Shown piece by piece: positions 11,228 through 22,308 of a stretch of DNA of 64,000 bases. The position numbers and the translations under genes are program-made. How positions within the stretch are numbered: the stretch's first letter is position 1; each line of letters begins with the position of its first letter. The notes under the pieces are model-generated. The model was given only the letters and a program-made list of their open reading frames with translations, ran no database searches and was not told the origin of the DNA. The DNA comes from an uncultured Methanosarcinaceae archaeon (GTDB taxonomy: Archaea; Halobacteriota; Methanosarcinia; Methanosarcinales; Methanosarcinaceae), in NCBI GenBank assembly GCA_963847185.1, contig CAWJYV010000010.1, positions 96,001 to 160,000 on the forward strand. Direction: 5' to 3'.

Positions 11228-11954
11228 TGAAATTTCCTCCACTCTTTTAACGTATTTTGTTCATGCTCATCTTTGTAGATATTTTAAAAGAAGATGGATT
11301 ATTTTGAAGTCGTGTGTACTATTCCTCTTTGTTAAACTCTTAATCAAACCTCCTATTTTGTACTAACTATGGTTATTTTACGGAAATATTTTTAACAATT
11401 ATCTCTCCTGAGTATACTCATTTTCATCTTGAGGTAAATATATCTCAAATTTCGTGGAAAATAAGTATATGTGATTATATAATCTAAAGTTATATAAGTA
11501 AAATAGAATACATTCTCCTTAATAATAATCATTTGATATAATTTTTGGAATTTTTTACTTTATTGTCTCTTATAATGGGTACTTTTAACTAATAGGGAAT
11601 TATTTAATCAATATTAACTTTATTGTGGAAAAAATAGGTCTAATTGATAGTTGATGAAAAAAGAAAAAACGTAATCAGTAATTGATAATTTACGAAAATA
11701 ATTCAGAAACATTTGTCCATTGTATCTTAACTTTATATCGTCAAATTAACTCATTTTTGCAGATATCGCAACCCATTTCCACCTAAAAAACCGGATCTTG
11801 AGTATTAGACCCTTCATAAGAAATAATACATTTTTAATATTTTATGTCTTAACCGAATCCAAATGAGTACATACTATACATACATTTATCGTTATTGGGT
11901 ATTATACACACCTGATAAAGCTAATAAAAGTATATAAAAAATGATGGTGGAAGT

Positions 11955-12830
11955 ATGGAACTCACTTCGATTCAAAAAGATATCATTATTGCGTTAATCA
12001 ACTTGCAGAGGCAAAAAGACAGATCAATTAAGGGGGAAGAAATTGCCGAGGTTATCCAACGCAATCCTGGAACTGTTCGCAATCAGATGCAATTGTTAAA
12101 AGCTCTGGGTTTAGTGGAAGGGGTCCCGGGACCAAAAGGAGGATACAAACCCACAGGAGCTGCGTATGACACTTTGCGCATCCAGCAACTTAACAATGAA
12201 TCAGCGGTTCCAATTTATAAAAATGATCTCGTAGTTAATGGTGCTACAGCTGCCGAAATAAGCTTTACGACAGTAAGAAATCCAGAAGCCTGCAATGGAG
12301 TCATCCGCGTACTAGGAAACACAAAGGACTTTTTGATGGGCGATAAAATTCAGATTGGTCCGACTCCTGTGAATCGCCTGATAATCCGAGGAGAAGTTAT
12401 AGGAAGGGATGATACCAGTAATTCTATTCTCTTCAATATTACCGAAATGATATCTCTCCCTAAAAAACACGTTAAACACTATATGAAATATCCTCCTTTG
12501 CTTGTGAACCTGAATGCCAGTATTCAGGAAGCAACGAGACTTTTTATAAGAAACAATGTTCATGGTGCTCCTGTTGATAACAATGGAAAAATAGTAGGGA
12601 TAGTTACTTACACAGATATCGCCAACGCCATTGCCCAAGGAAAACCGAATGTAAAAGTAAAAGATATCATGACGAAAGAACTTATTACCGTTGATGGGGA
12701 CATGCAACTCTACGACGTAGTAAAGCTCTTCCATAAATATAGTATAGAAAGGCTTATTGTAACAATCAACGGCGTACCTAAAGGAACTCTGTCAAAGACC
12801 GAAGTCCTGAATGAACTTGCAATTTACTGA
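11955..12830 (+). CDS. HTH plus CBS-domain transcriptional regulator
   Basis: IKGEEIAEVIQRNPGTVRNQMQLLKALGLVEGVPGPKGGY N-terminus; C-terminal CBS pair. Confidence 0.85.
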   Translation: MELTSIQKDIIIALINLQRQKDRSIKGEEIAEVIQRNPGTVRNQMQLLKALGLVEGVPGPKGGYKPTGAAYDTLRIQQLNNESAVPIYKNDLVVNGATAAEISFTTVRNPEACNGVIRVLGNTKDFLMGDKIQIGPTPVNRLIIRGEVIGRDDTSNSILFNITEMISLPKKHVKHYMKYPPLLVNLNASIQEATRLFIRNNVHGAPVDNNGKIVGIVTYTDIANAIAQGKPNVKVKDIMTKELITVDGDMQLYDVVKLFHKYSIERLIVTINGVPKGTLSKTEVLNELAIY

Positions 12831-13247
12831 GATTAAGATTGTGGTCGCATCTATCATTTAAGGCGTATACCAGTTATATTTCTCAACATAAGCCCATCTA
12901 GAATCTAATCAAAAAAGCCGAAGCTATCGGATAAGGAAAGTTATTAAGGACACCAAGCATGAAGGCCTTGCCTGTCGAAGGACCAGCTGCACATCAGGGA
13001 TGAGCAGATAGAAAAGTCTTAGATGGGAATATGATAAACAGGCGGTCCATATTAAATGTTTTTTCCATAATGGGTAATGGGCATGAGTTATTGAAAAACA
13101 TAAGCATAAGAATCTCTCTGCATTTCCTCAAATTCGGGAGATGTACTCGCTTTTTCGGAATTGATCAATAACTCACGGACACGGACCCCATAATGGTGAT
13201 CCTGAAAAGGATTGTCAGCATCGTGGAGTTAACCTGTTTGAAATCCT

Positions 13248-13646
13248 TCACTTTGAGTGATTGAGAGAGGCTTGTCTGCTCATCACTTTCAGCTTCTTGA
13301 TAGCAGAGATGGTTGCCTGAGATTCTTTGTAAATCTTGTCTTCGTAATAGCTTATGATTTCGTCAACTGGAGCCGCAAGAGAATAAATCTTCATCGGCCG
13401 CCCTTTTCCAGGCTTTTTTTCCGAGCGTACACTGATCCAGGATTGGTTGTGCATTAACCTTATTGCAATACTTACTTCGGGCTGCCTTAATCCGGTGCTG
13501 ATTTCAATTTCACGGGATGAAGCTTCGTCTACATTCATAAGATATGCCATGGTTGTAGCGACATTTCTTGACATGCTGAGATTCCTTAACGTTTCAATAA
13601 AAGTATAGTCTTCTTCATCCAATATTTTTACTTCCAAGTTTTTTAT
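13248..13646 (-). CDS. ArsR-like wHTH transcriptional regulator; start ATA 13646 or TTG 13637
   Basis: SREIEISTGLRQPEVSIA and KKPGKGRPMKIYSL motifs; GAGGGG SD precedes ATA. Confidence 0.85.
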   Translation of the reverse strand: MKNLEVKILDEEDYTFIETLRNLSMSRNVATTMAYLMNVDEASSREIEISTGLRQPEVSIAIRLMHNQSWISVRSEKKPGKGRPMKIYSLAAPVDEIISYYEDKIYKESQATISAIKKLKVMSRQASLNHSK

Positions 13647-13789
13647 GATAACCCCTCGATATTTCTAGTTTTATGGATAATTTGTCAGCTTAAAAGATAC
13701 TTTTATTACTCATTAAAGTTAAGGATACTTTATAAACGTTTTCAAATTATATGCACTTACATGAGATAACCTTGATCCGTACTGTAGCT

Positions 13790-13880
13790 GACTAGAAGCT
13801 ACGTACAAAGCCAAGGCTATCGCCCGTAGCCAGATGGACAAAATATACCCGGACGGCTCCACAACACAACTAAAACGAAT
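13790..13880 (+). ncRNA. Candidate small RNA, copy B
   Basis: CTAGAAGCtAcGTACAAAGCCAAGGcTATCGC matches 10392-10424; GGCTA/TAGCC hairpin; TTTATAAA box near 13729. Confidence 0.4.
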
Positions 13881-13898
13881 ACGAATGGGCCAAGTTTC

Positions 13899-14300
13899 TT
13901 ACCGTCTGACCTCGATTTCAAAACCGTTCTCTTTTGCAACATTGCTCATAAAATCCAATAATAAAAAACGGTGACAACGTTCTCCACATTCAGGACCTTC
14001 GTGGCTCACAAGAAAAATGTCATTTGATTGTGCTCTTTTGGCTGTTCGAAGGATTGCCACGCTGGGGACATGCGGTTGCATTTCCTCCAAGAATTGAAGT
14101 GTGAATTGCTCCCAGTCATCTTTTGTCCTTTGACTCTTGTTATAGTTGGCAATTAGTTTCTTGCTTGGGACTAAAGAATACTCGCGGTAACTGTATTTGC
14201 ATAACGGTTTGTCACGCATAACAGCAACGAACTCTGCGTTTGGGTGTGATTGTCTTATATTTTCAACATTTGCTGCATAAGTTTGGGATAACATTTTCAC
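13899..14300 (-). CDS. DUF488-like protein
   Basis: LVPSKKL, WEQFTLQFLEEM, ERCHR motifs. Confidence 0.65.
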   Translation of the reverse strand: MKMLSQTYAANVENIRQSHPNAEFVAVMRDKPLCKYSYREYSLVPSKKLIANYNKSQRTKDDWEQFTLQFLEEMQPHVPSVAILRTAKRAQSNDIFLVSHEGPECGERCHRFLLLDFMSNVAKENGFEIEVRR

Positions 14301-14689
14301 ATCTCTTTTTTGTTTTCAATGTCTTTTTCCTTTATCGTGCCCTAGATATTTGCTTAGTGTATAAGTATAATTCTCTTCGAGTATTGAAGCTGACGCAAAT
14401 ACGAGACTAAGTGAATACTTCGTGTCAGCACGTACGGGACTCTCCTAGACGTCCCAGATCTGGAACGTCTATATGCTTAAGGTTCAGGCTTCTGGGATAA
14501 TTGTGGAAGGGTGGTGCAGTAGATCTATCCTGAAGGCGCATACCCCCATACCTAACCAGAAACATTTTCTACAAAGATAGTGTTTGACTTGATAAAGTCT
14601 CCTGTTATTTGTTTCACCATCTCAAATTTAGATGGATAAAATTATACTTCGCGGTATACGTGAAAAAGAAATATGGCAAAGTTAAGATA

Positions 14690-15200
14690 GTATCTTGTTA
14701 TTTTGTGATTATTAGCAACTCGGGTTATGTACAGTATTTGTTTTTACTAAAAACTGTCTAACACTGGGGCTAAATAGGTAGATTTATACATTATAAATCA
14801 GGAGAATATTCATCTGTTTCTGACACTTCCACATTCTTCATCATATTTTCATTTACTTTATCGCATTGTTCAGCTGCACGGGCTAACCATAGTTTTACAC
14901 TGGCAGATTGTACCCTTAAAACATCAGCAATTGTTTCAATAATCATTCCTTTCATAGACATTCTCAGAGCTAATTCGATAGTGTTCTCATCTTTGCGAAG
15001 ATCATGATAAAAAGTGCCTGTATGGTCGCAAAAGGATTTGCCGCATTGATGGCAAAGATACCTTCTTGTTTTATTCCCACGACTTATGTAAATGCCATTT
15101 CCAGTAACATTGCCCTGATTAGTAAGGCCATAGAGCTTACAGTCTTTCTTAGGACAGGAAACGTCAAAAATTGTGGTTTTGGACCTCTTTTCCCCAGAGA
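14690..15200 (-). pseudogene. Degraded IS1-family transposase remnant
   Basis: Reads GKRGPKPQF/(shift)CPKKDCKLYG...RRYLCHQCGKSFCDHTGTFYHDLRK...ALRMSMKGM; frameshifted, lacks start; left boundary approximate. Confidence 0.7.
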
Positions 15201-15708
15201 GATCTATATCTAATGGTTAATATATAATTCCAATCGAATAAAAATTGACCATCTTTATTTTTGATTTTTTTCAATTCCTTTGGTTTTGTAATTATATTAA
15301 ATTTCGATACTGTTTTGATAAATTAATGGTCAATTACTTTTCTTTTATATCTTATCTATATTTATAATGAATCTTGCATTTTTCAGGATAACTATAAAAA
15401 TATATTAATTTATTGATTTGTAGTTCCAGTGCCTTATTTATTTGTGATTATTAATGAGATTTCCTTAATAATGTATTAATGGATAAAGAAAACAGTTCTT
15501 GCCATGTCTGTCCTTATTAAGTTCATATCTTTATTACTACACATATGATGATAATGTGAATCGATGCTGATTCATTCTATATGATACTATTTAAACACGT
15601 TTCTGAAAGTTCCCCGGGGTATAAAGTGGAATGAATTCCAATAAACAGAGAAATCTTTTTACCTTTTTTCGTAAATTAAATATTTTTACAATAATATTAA
15701 TCTCCACC

Positions 15709-15750
15709 AATATGTTTATATTGTACTTGCAATTAATTTCTAATTAATTA
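15709..15750 (+). promoter_or_regulatory. TATA-containing promoter motif shared by the surface-protein genes
   Basis: TTATATTG..TTG.A.TTAAT recurs at about 22228 and 25186, and more loosely at 19505. Confidence 0.5.
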
Positions 15751-15798
15751 TATGAAGTTACATTTGCATTTTCTTTGATTTCTATGGAGGAATTTGAC

Positions 15799-18700
15799 AT
15801 AAATCGAGTAAGACTTTTATTACTAGCTTTTTTAATCTTTACACTAAGTTCCTTTGTCGGGTCGGCTGCGACATATACAGTAGCCGCCGATGGAACTGGA
15901 AACTATGCAACAATACAAGCTGCAATAAATAACGCGGCTTCAGGCGATGTAATCATTGTACAACCTGGAACGTATTATGAGAACATTGATCTAAGCCGAG
16001 TTAGCGTAGAACTCAGATCAGCATCTGGTAACCCTGACAATACAATTATTGCGTCCAACAATACGCTCAAAAATGTGATCTCTGTTGTATCCAGAGCTGA
16101 TGTGAAAATTCAAGGTTTTACAATTAGTGGAGCTGCAGTAGATTACTCAGGAATCCGTTTAACTGGATGTAGAAACTGTGTAATTGAAAATAACAAATTT
16201 ATAGATAATGGAATGGGAGTGTTCGTAGATTCTTCTACATCTTGTACAGTACGCAACAACGTAGCTACCAGAAATGTAGGCGAATCTGGTAGAGGAATTA
16301 ATGTTGAAAGATCTCCTCTTACTACCGTTTCCGGCAACACAATTTCAAACCAGAGGTTTGGGATTTATTTTACTAACTCAGATAGTAATACTGTATCAGG
16401 AAATACAGTAAGTCACAGTGCAGGTAATGGTATCCATCTGGAAGGCACAACAAATACTGTTCTGGAAGGAAACAATGCAAATTCGAACGGGAACAAAGGA
16501 ATCTATCTGGCTGGCTCCAGTAATAAAAACATTGTGAGAGGTAATACAGTTTCCTCTAATGCAGGAAATGGAATTGACCTGGAGAGATCTTCTGGATGCA
16601 CAGTTTCTGGTAATACAGTCTCAGGTAATTCTACAGTAAACAATACTCATGGTATATTCCTGAACACCTGTAATGATAATTACGTGCAGAACAATGACGT
16701 TGGGACCTGTGATTACGGAATAGCTATGAGATTTTCCCAAAATAACACTGTGACAAGTAACAATGCCCATGACAACGACAGAGGCATTTTCGTAGCTTAT
16801 CAATCTACCAAAAATACAATTTCAGGTAATAAGGCAACGTCCAGCAGCATAACTGGTATTGTCGTAACGCTCGCAGCCAATAATATTGTTGTAGAGAACA
16901 ATGAAGTAAGCTCAAACCTAGGTACTGGTATATCACTTGACAATACAACAAGTGACAGAGTATCCAAGAACACAATAACCCAAAATGGTAAAGGTATTTT
17001 TTCAGGTGCGCTATCCAGCGGAAATATAATTTCAGAGAATACTCTGGACCGTAATACCGGCGATGGTATGCGGTTTGAAAGTTCCACTGATAACGATATT
17101 CTCTACAACGTCGTCAGTTCAAGCAACGGCAACGGAATATTTTTCGCAAGCTCAAGTAACAATAATGATGTAATCGGCAATACACTAAAAAACAGCAAGG
17201 TAGGTATCGAGTTAAGATACTCAAATGGAACTAAAATTTATCAAAACACTGTAACCGAAAATACTGGATCTGGAATTGCGCTCACGGTTTCCACGAATAA
17301 TACTATTTTCAAGAACACAGCTTTTAGCAATGTCGAAGGTATTACTCTCAACTCGTCTGAAAGCAACAACATATCCAGTAATAGCGTAAGTTTAAACAGT
17401 AATGGTATCTATCTATGTCCCAGAAGCTATTATAACCTGATTTATAACAACTATTTCAATAACCCCTACAATACCGATGTCAGAAATAATAGAAGCTACT
17501 GGTACATAGCAAAGACCAAAGGCAAAAATGTTATGGGTGGGCCAAATCTTGGAGGTAATTTCTGGGGAAGTCCGTCAGGTATGGGTTTCTCAGAGACTAA
17601 TCCAGATGCAGATGGTGACGGTATCATTGATTCTCAATTCACTTCAGCTAATGGTAACGTCGTAGACCTGTACCCACTCTTCCCTATGGAAGTTCCAATT
17701 CCACGTTTCATCTCCAGTTCTACGAGCGGATATGCTCCTCTCTTCGTGCAGTTCACTGATTCTTCACGAAATGCACTTTCATGGAGCTGGAACTTTGGAG
17801 ATGGAAATACTTCAACTCGAGAAAAATCCAAACCACACATACATCACTCCAGGAACCTATACCGTTACACTTGCAGCAACCAACGCTAACGACACTGTCT
17901 TCACAAGTCAAATAATAAGCGTACAGAAATTTATAATTCTTCCTGTGGCCGACTTCAGCGCCAGTGCAACGAGTGGCGATGCTCCTCTTACTGTGCAGTT
18001 CACTGACATTTCACAAAATGCAGTAGCATGGAGCTGGAACTTCGGAGATGGATCTACTTCTGCCGAAAAGAGTCCGGCACACACTTTCAATTCAGCAGGA
18101 ACTTATACTGTCAGTCTGGTAGCAGGTAATGAAAATGGAACTTCTCCAATACCGAAAACTGCTACAATAACTGTAACGACAGCAAGTAGCTCAAGTGGTG
18201 GAGGCAGCAGTGGTGGTCACAGCAGCAGCGGCAGCAGCGGTGGAAGCAGTAGTGGCGGAAGCGGTGGCGGTGGCGGTTCTCCCGAGTCTTCAAAGAACGT
18301 TAAAGTAAAGGAACTTTGTCAGGTCTTCATTACAAGTGGAAAAGCTGTGAAGTTTGATTTTACAAAGAATGCAACTGCTATTGTAAATTTGAACTTTGAT
18401 TCAAAGAAGACTGTTGGCAAGACAACAACTATTGTTGAAATGCTCAAAAACAAGTCCACGCTTACTCCGGAGACACCTGAAGGCGAGGTTTACAATTACC
18501 TCAATATCTGGGTTGGAAACGGAGGGTATGGAAGTGACGAAAACAATCTCGAAAACGCAGTCATAAACTTCAGAGTTGAAAAATCCTGGGTACAGGATAA
18601 AGGTATTGACCAGAGTTCAATAGTCCTGAACAGGTATAATGAAAAGAAATGGAATGAACTTACAACGACCCTTTCAGGAGAAGATGGCACATATCTCTAT

Positions 18701-18955
18701 TTCAAGGCCGAAGCCCCGGGATTCTCTCCGTTTGCAATAACAGGCGAGTTAACAGCAAAGGAAGCTGTGACTGAAACACAGCCTGAAACTGAGGACAATG
18801 AAGAAAACACCGGAAGTACAGCAGCAAATACTGAACAGGAGTCTGAGAATAAACAAGAAACAAGCACTCCTGAGAAAACTTCAAGTGCTCCTGGCTTTGA
18901 AATGATTTATGGAGTTGCTGGATTGCTTTCTGTATTTCTTCACAAAAGAAAATAA
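15799..18955 (+). pseudogene. NosD/CASH beta-helix, PKD, PGF-pre-PGF, PGF-CTERM surface protein split by a frameshift near 17818
   Basis: WNFGDGNTST continues as EKNPNHTY in the other frame; APGFEMIYGVAGLLSVFLHKRK sorting signal; start ATG 15784 or ATA 15799. Confidence 0.85.
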
Positions 18956-19004
18956 AAAAATGAACTGAAATATAAAGCAAAATTTCATTACGGAAGAAAT
19001 AAAG

Positions 19005-19027
19005 GATGAAGATTCAATACCTTCATC
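19005..19027 (+). terminator. GATGAAG/CTTCATC hairpin followed by T-rich tract
   Basis: Related hairpins follow the paralogs at 21752-21774 and 24901-24923. Confidence 0.55.
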
Positions 19028-19585
19028 ATGTTTTCTTTACTTTTTTTATTTTTTGTCGGACGTGAGTTACTGAAAACCATGAGTACAGAGATCTTTTCTA
19101 TTTTTCCTCAAATGCCGTATCGTACTTGTCTTTTTCAGGTTTATCTAATGATTTTCGTCCAGACCTTTTCTAAGTTTTTCTCCCCTTTTTAAGTTTTTCT
19201 TTCCCCTTTTCTAAGTTTTTCTCCCCTTTTCTAAGTTTTTCTCCCTGGTTCTAAAATAATTTTCAAGAACATAATTTTAAAAAGAAACTTTATTAAGCTC
19301 AATTTCTTTGAAATCTGTTAAAGTAATAAATCTTTTTCTGCATCAAGGTGATTTACAGGGATTAAGTGCAAACATTATTCTTTCATAATCTGAGTTTAAA
19401 TATCAAAAGAAAGAGCCTATATAGTTTCTTTCAATAAACTCTTTGTTGATTATTGTTTTTCATATATTTTTATGTCTTTTTTTTGATATTATTCTAATTC
19501 AATATATTTATATGATTTAATGTTTAATTTGTAATTTATTAATTTAAATTTAAATAATAACTTATATAGAATGCGGGGGATGTAA

Positions 19586-21655
19586 ATAAACAGATATATC
19601 ACTTTAGCGGTAGCTTTTCTTATTTTAGCAATAAGCTCGAGTACAGGGACTGCAGCCGAGATTTTAGTTCAGCCAGGAGGATCAATACAGGCCGCAGTAA
19701 ATAATGCAAGTCCGGGAGATGAAATAGTCATAAGTTCCGGAAACTATACCGAAAATATCGTTATAACAAAGGATAATCTCGTAATCAGATCAGCGTCCGG
19801 AAGCCCTGAAGACACAATAATTGTGTCGAATAATAATGCTACGGATGTTTTCCGTATAGAAGCGGACGGCATCACAATCAAGGGACTCAGTATTGCAGGA
19901 GCTGCGATTGAAAAGTCAGCACTTTATCTTCTTTCATCCAATAACTGTACCATAGAAAATAATTTGATTCTTAATGACGCGCTTGGTGTATACTTAAAGA
20001 ATTCTATGTACAATAATATTCTCAACAATACGATAACAGAAGGCAGAAGAGCAGTTAACGTTGAAAGATCTAACTATAACACGATTCAGGACAATATTAT
20101 TTTAAAGCAGAGATACGGAGTTTACGTTTTCAACTCTGAAGGAAACAAACTATCAGGAAATATAATAAGTGAGAGTTCCAGTCATGGTATTGTTCTGGAC
20201 ACCTGTAGCAAGAACAGCCTTGAAGATAATGCAGCAAACTCAAACGGAGATTACGGCATTTTCCTTAAGTCTTCCGGTAATAATGATCTGACAAATAACA
20301 CTGCGGATTCAAACGTATTTTATGGTATCGGACTACTTGATTCGAGTAATAACAATATGGTCAATAATACAGCAGCCAATAATAATAGAGGTATTTTCCT
20401 GTTGAGATCAGGTGAAAGTACGCTTTTCGGTAATGTGATTTCGAATAATGGGGAAGGAATAAGGCTTTCATCGTCAGCAAATAGCGACATCTCAGAGAAT
20501 ACTGTCTCTGACAGTAATGTCTCAGGTATTTCTCTAATGAATTCTGCTAACTGTACTCTCGATGAGAACACGCTGTTAAATGATACTCTAGGGATAGATC
20601 TGGTTTTTTCCAACAACAGCAATGTCTTTAATAATACTCTCCATGAAGGCGGAAGGGGAATTAACCTGCGGGATGCGAGTTACAATACCCTGTCAAACAA
20701 TACTGCTCTGAACAACAAGAATGGAATTTACCTCCAGCGTTCACAGTGGAATATTTTCTCAAATAATACGGCAGGTTCAAACTATATCCACGGTATCGTC
20801 CTGGCAAATTCCAGTGATAACAGCTTTACAGACATCATTGTAAACTCGAACGAAGGTCATGGAATTTATCTAAGTAACTCGAGTAGCAATACTTTGAGTA
20901 ATTGCACGGTTTCCGGTAATGGTAGAGGTGTTTATATGACAACATCTGGTGCAAATACTCTATCAAACAACACAATTCAGAATAATAGAGAATACGGGCT
21001 CTTGCTGTATTATTCAGCAGGGAATAAGATTTCCGGAAATGAAATCTCAAATAGCGGAAGTGGCATTCACCTGATTACCTGTGACGGAAATATCATTTCA
21101 GGAAACACTATTATTTCAAACAGTATTTCCGGCATTTTCATAAGCTCTACAAGCAGCAATAATATTGTCTTTGATAATTACTTCAGTAACTTCTTTAATA
21201 CAGATCTTAAAGAGGGAAGTTTCGGTAATGTGTGGAATACAACAAAAACCGAAGGTACGAATATCGTAGGCGGTCCCTTTATCGGCGGGAACTTCTGGGG
21301 AAAACCTGATGGTTCAGGATTTTCACAAAGCGCAACAGATGTAGACGGGGACGGCATTGCTGATTCAGTCTACGATCTCAAGAACAACTATACAGATTTC
21401 CTGCCTCTTGTGGGTGGTTTTGAATCAGAGGTGTCCGCAACTCCTGTACAAAAACTCAATACCAGTGAAACGGGAACAGGGATAAACGAAACAGAAGCAG
21501 GCGAAATTGAAGAAGGCATCAGCGAAACAGAACCAGAAAGTATGGAAGAGAGCAACAACGAGACAGAAGCAGGTGAAATGGAAGAAGGCACCAATGAAAC
21601 AGAACCAGAAGGTATGGAAGAGGGTACTAACGAAACAGAATCAAATAAAATGTGA
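19586..21655 (+). CDS. Secreted NosD/CASH beta-helix protein with acidic C-terminal repeats; ATA start
   Basis: Open frame from ATA 19586 encodes a signal peptide and VQPGGSIQAAVNNA homologous to paralogs; in-frame TAA at 19583. Confidence 0.85.
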   Translation: MNRYITLAVAFLILAISSSTGTAAEILVQPGGSIQAAVNNASPGDEIVISSGNYTENIVITKDNLVIRSASGSPEDTIIVSNNNATDVFRIEADGITIKGLSIAGAAIEKSALYLLSSNNCTIENNLILNDALGVYLKNSMYNNILNNTITEGRRAVNVERSNYNTIQDNIILKQRYGVYVFNSEGNKLSGNIISESSSHGIVLDTCSKNSLEDNAANSNGDYGIFLKSSGNNDLTNNTADSNVFYGIGLLDSSNNNMVNNTAANNNRGIFLLRSGESTLFGNVISNNGEGIRLSSSANSDISENTVSDSNVSGISLMNSANCTLDENTLLNDTLGIDLVFSNNSNVFNNTLHEGGRGINLRDASYNTLSNNTALNNKNGIYLQRSQWNIFSNNTAGSNYIHGIVLANSSDNSFTDIIVNSNEGHGIYLSNSSSNTLSNCTVSGNGRGVYMTTSGANTLSNNTIQNNREYGLLLYYSAGNKISGNEISNSGSGIHLITCDGNIISGNTIISNSISGIFISSTSSNNIVFDNYFSNFFNTDLKEGSFGNVWNTTKTEGTNIVGGPFIGGNFWGKPDGSGFSQSATDVDGDGIADSVYDLKNNYTDFLPLVGGFESEVSATPVQKLNTSETGTGINETEAGEIEEGISETEPESMEESNNETEAGEMEEGTNETEPEGMEEGTNETESNKM

Positions 21656-22308
21656 GTTACCGTGAAACGAAAACAAGAATCAGTAAAATTGATATAAAGT
21701 TTGATTTCACAAAAGATTTATAAAATCTACAAAAACGCATTGAAAATCTGTGGTGAAGGATCACCTCCTTCATCCTTATTTTGTTTTTCTGTTCTTCTTT
21801 TTCTGTTCTCCTTTTTTAATTCTTTTTTTAATTCTTTCTTCTCATTTTTATGGGCACAAAAAATGTCCTTAGAGACAAAAATTTGGGAAATTTGCTGATT
21901 TTTCAAGGATACTTTTATAGCATATTAATACCATTCTTATTAACTATATTTCATTAGTTAACAGCGTTATTCACCTTTTTGAGGTGGAACTAAATTTTCT
22001 AAATTAAGAATATATTTTTGTTTCAGGTAGATGAATAAATGCAAACCACAGAGGTGAAATAAATCAGGTTTTATAATAATTGGTATCTTGAAGCTTAGTT
22101 ATATGATGATAATTTGAACGGCAGAACATTAAAATTTCTGAACCAATTTCCGAAGGGAATTCAGACAAATTAATGGTAAATATTTTTTCGCCTTTCCAAT
22201 TTTGTCTAAGTTTTTCTTAACCAAAATAATTATATTGTTTTGCATTTAATCTCTAATTTACTAGAAGAAGTATATGTGTAATTTTTACTTTTATATTGGG
22301 GAATTCAA

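Noticed and set aside
19160-19255. TTTTCTAAGTTTTTCTCCCC tandem copies (similar short tracts near 3520 and 38510)
   Set aside because: Low-complexity slippage repeats typical of AT-rich intergenic DNA
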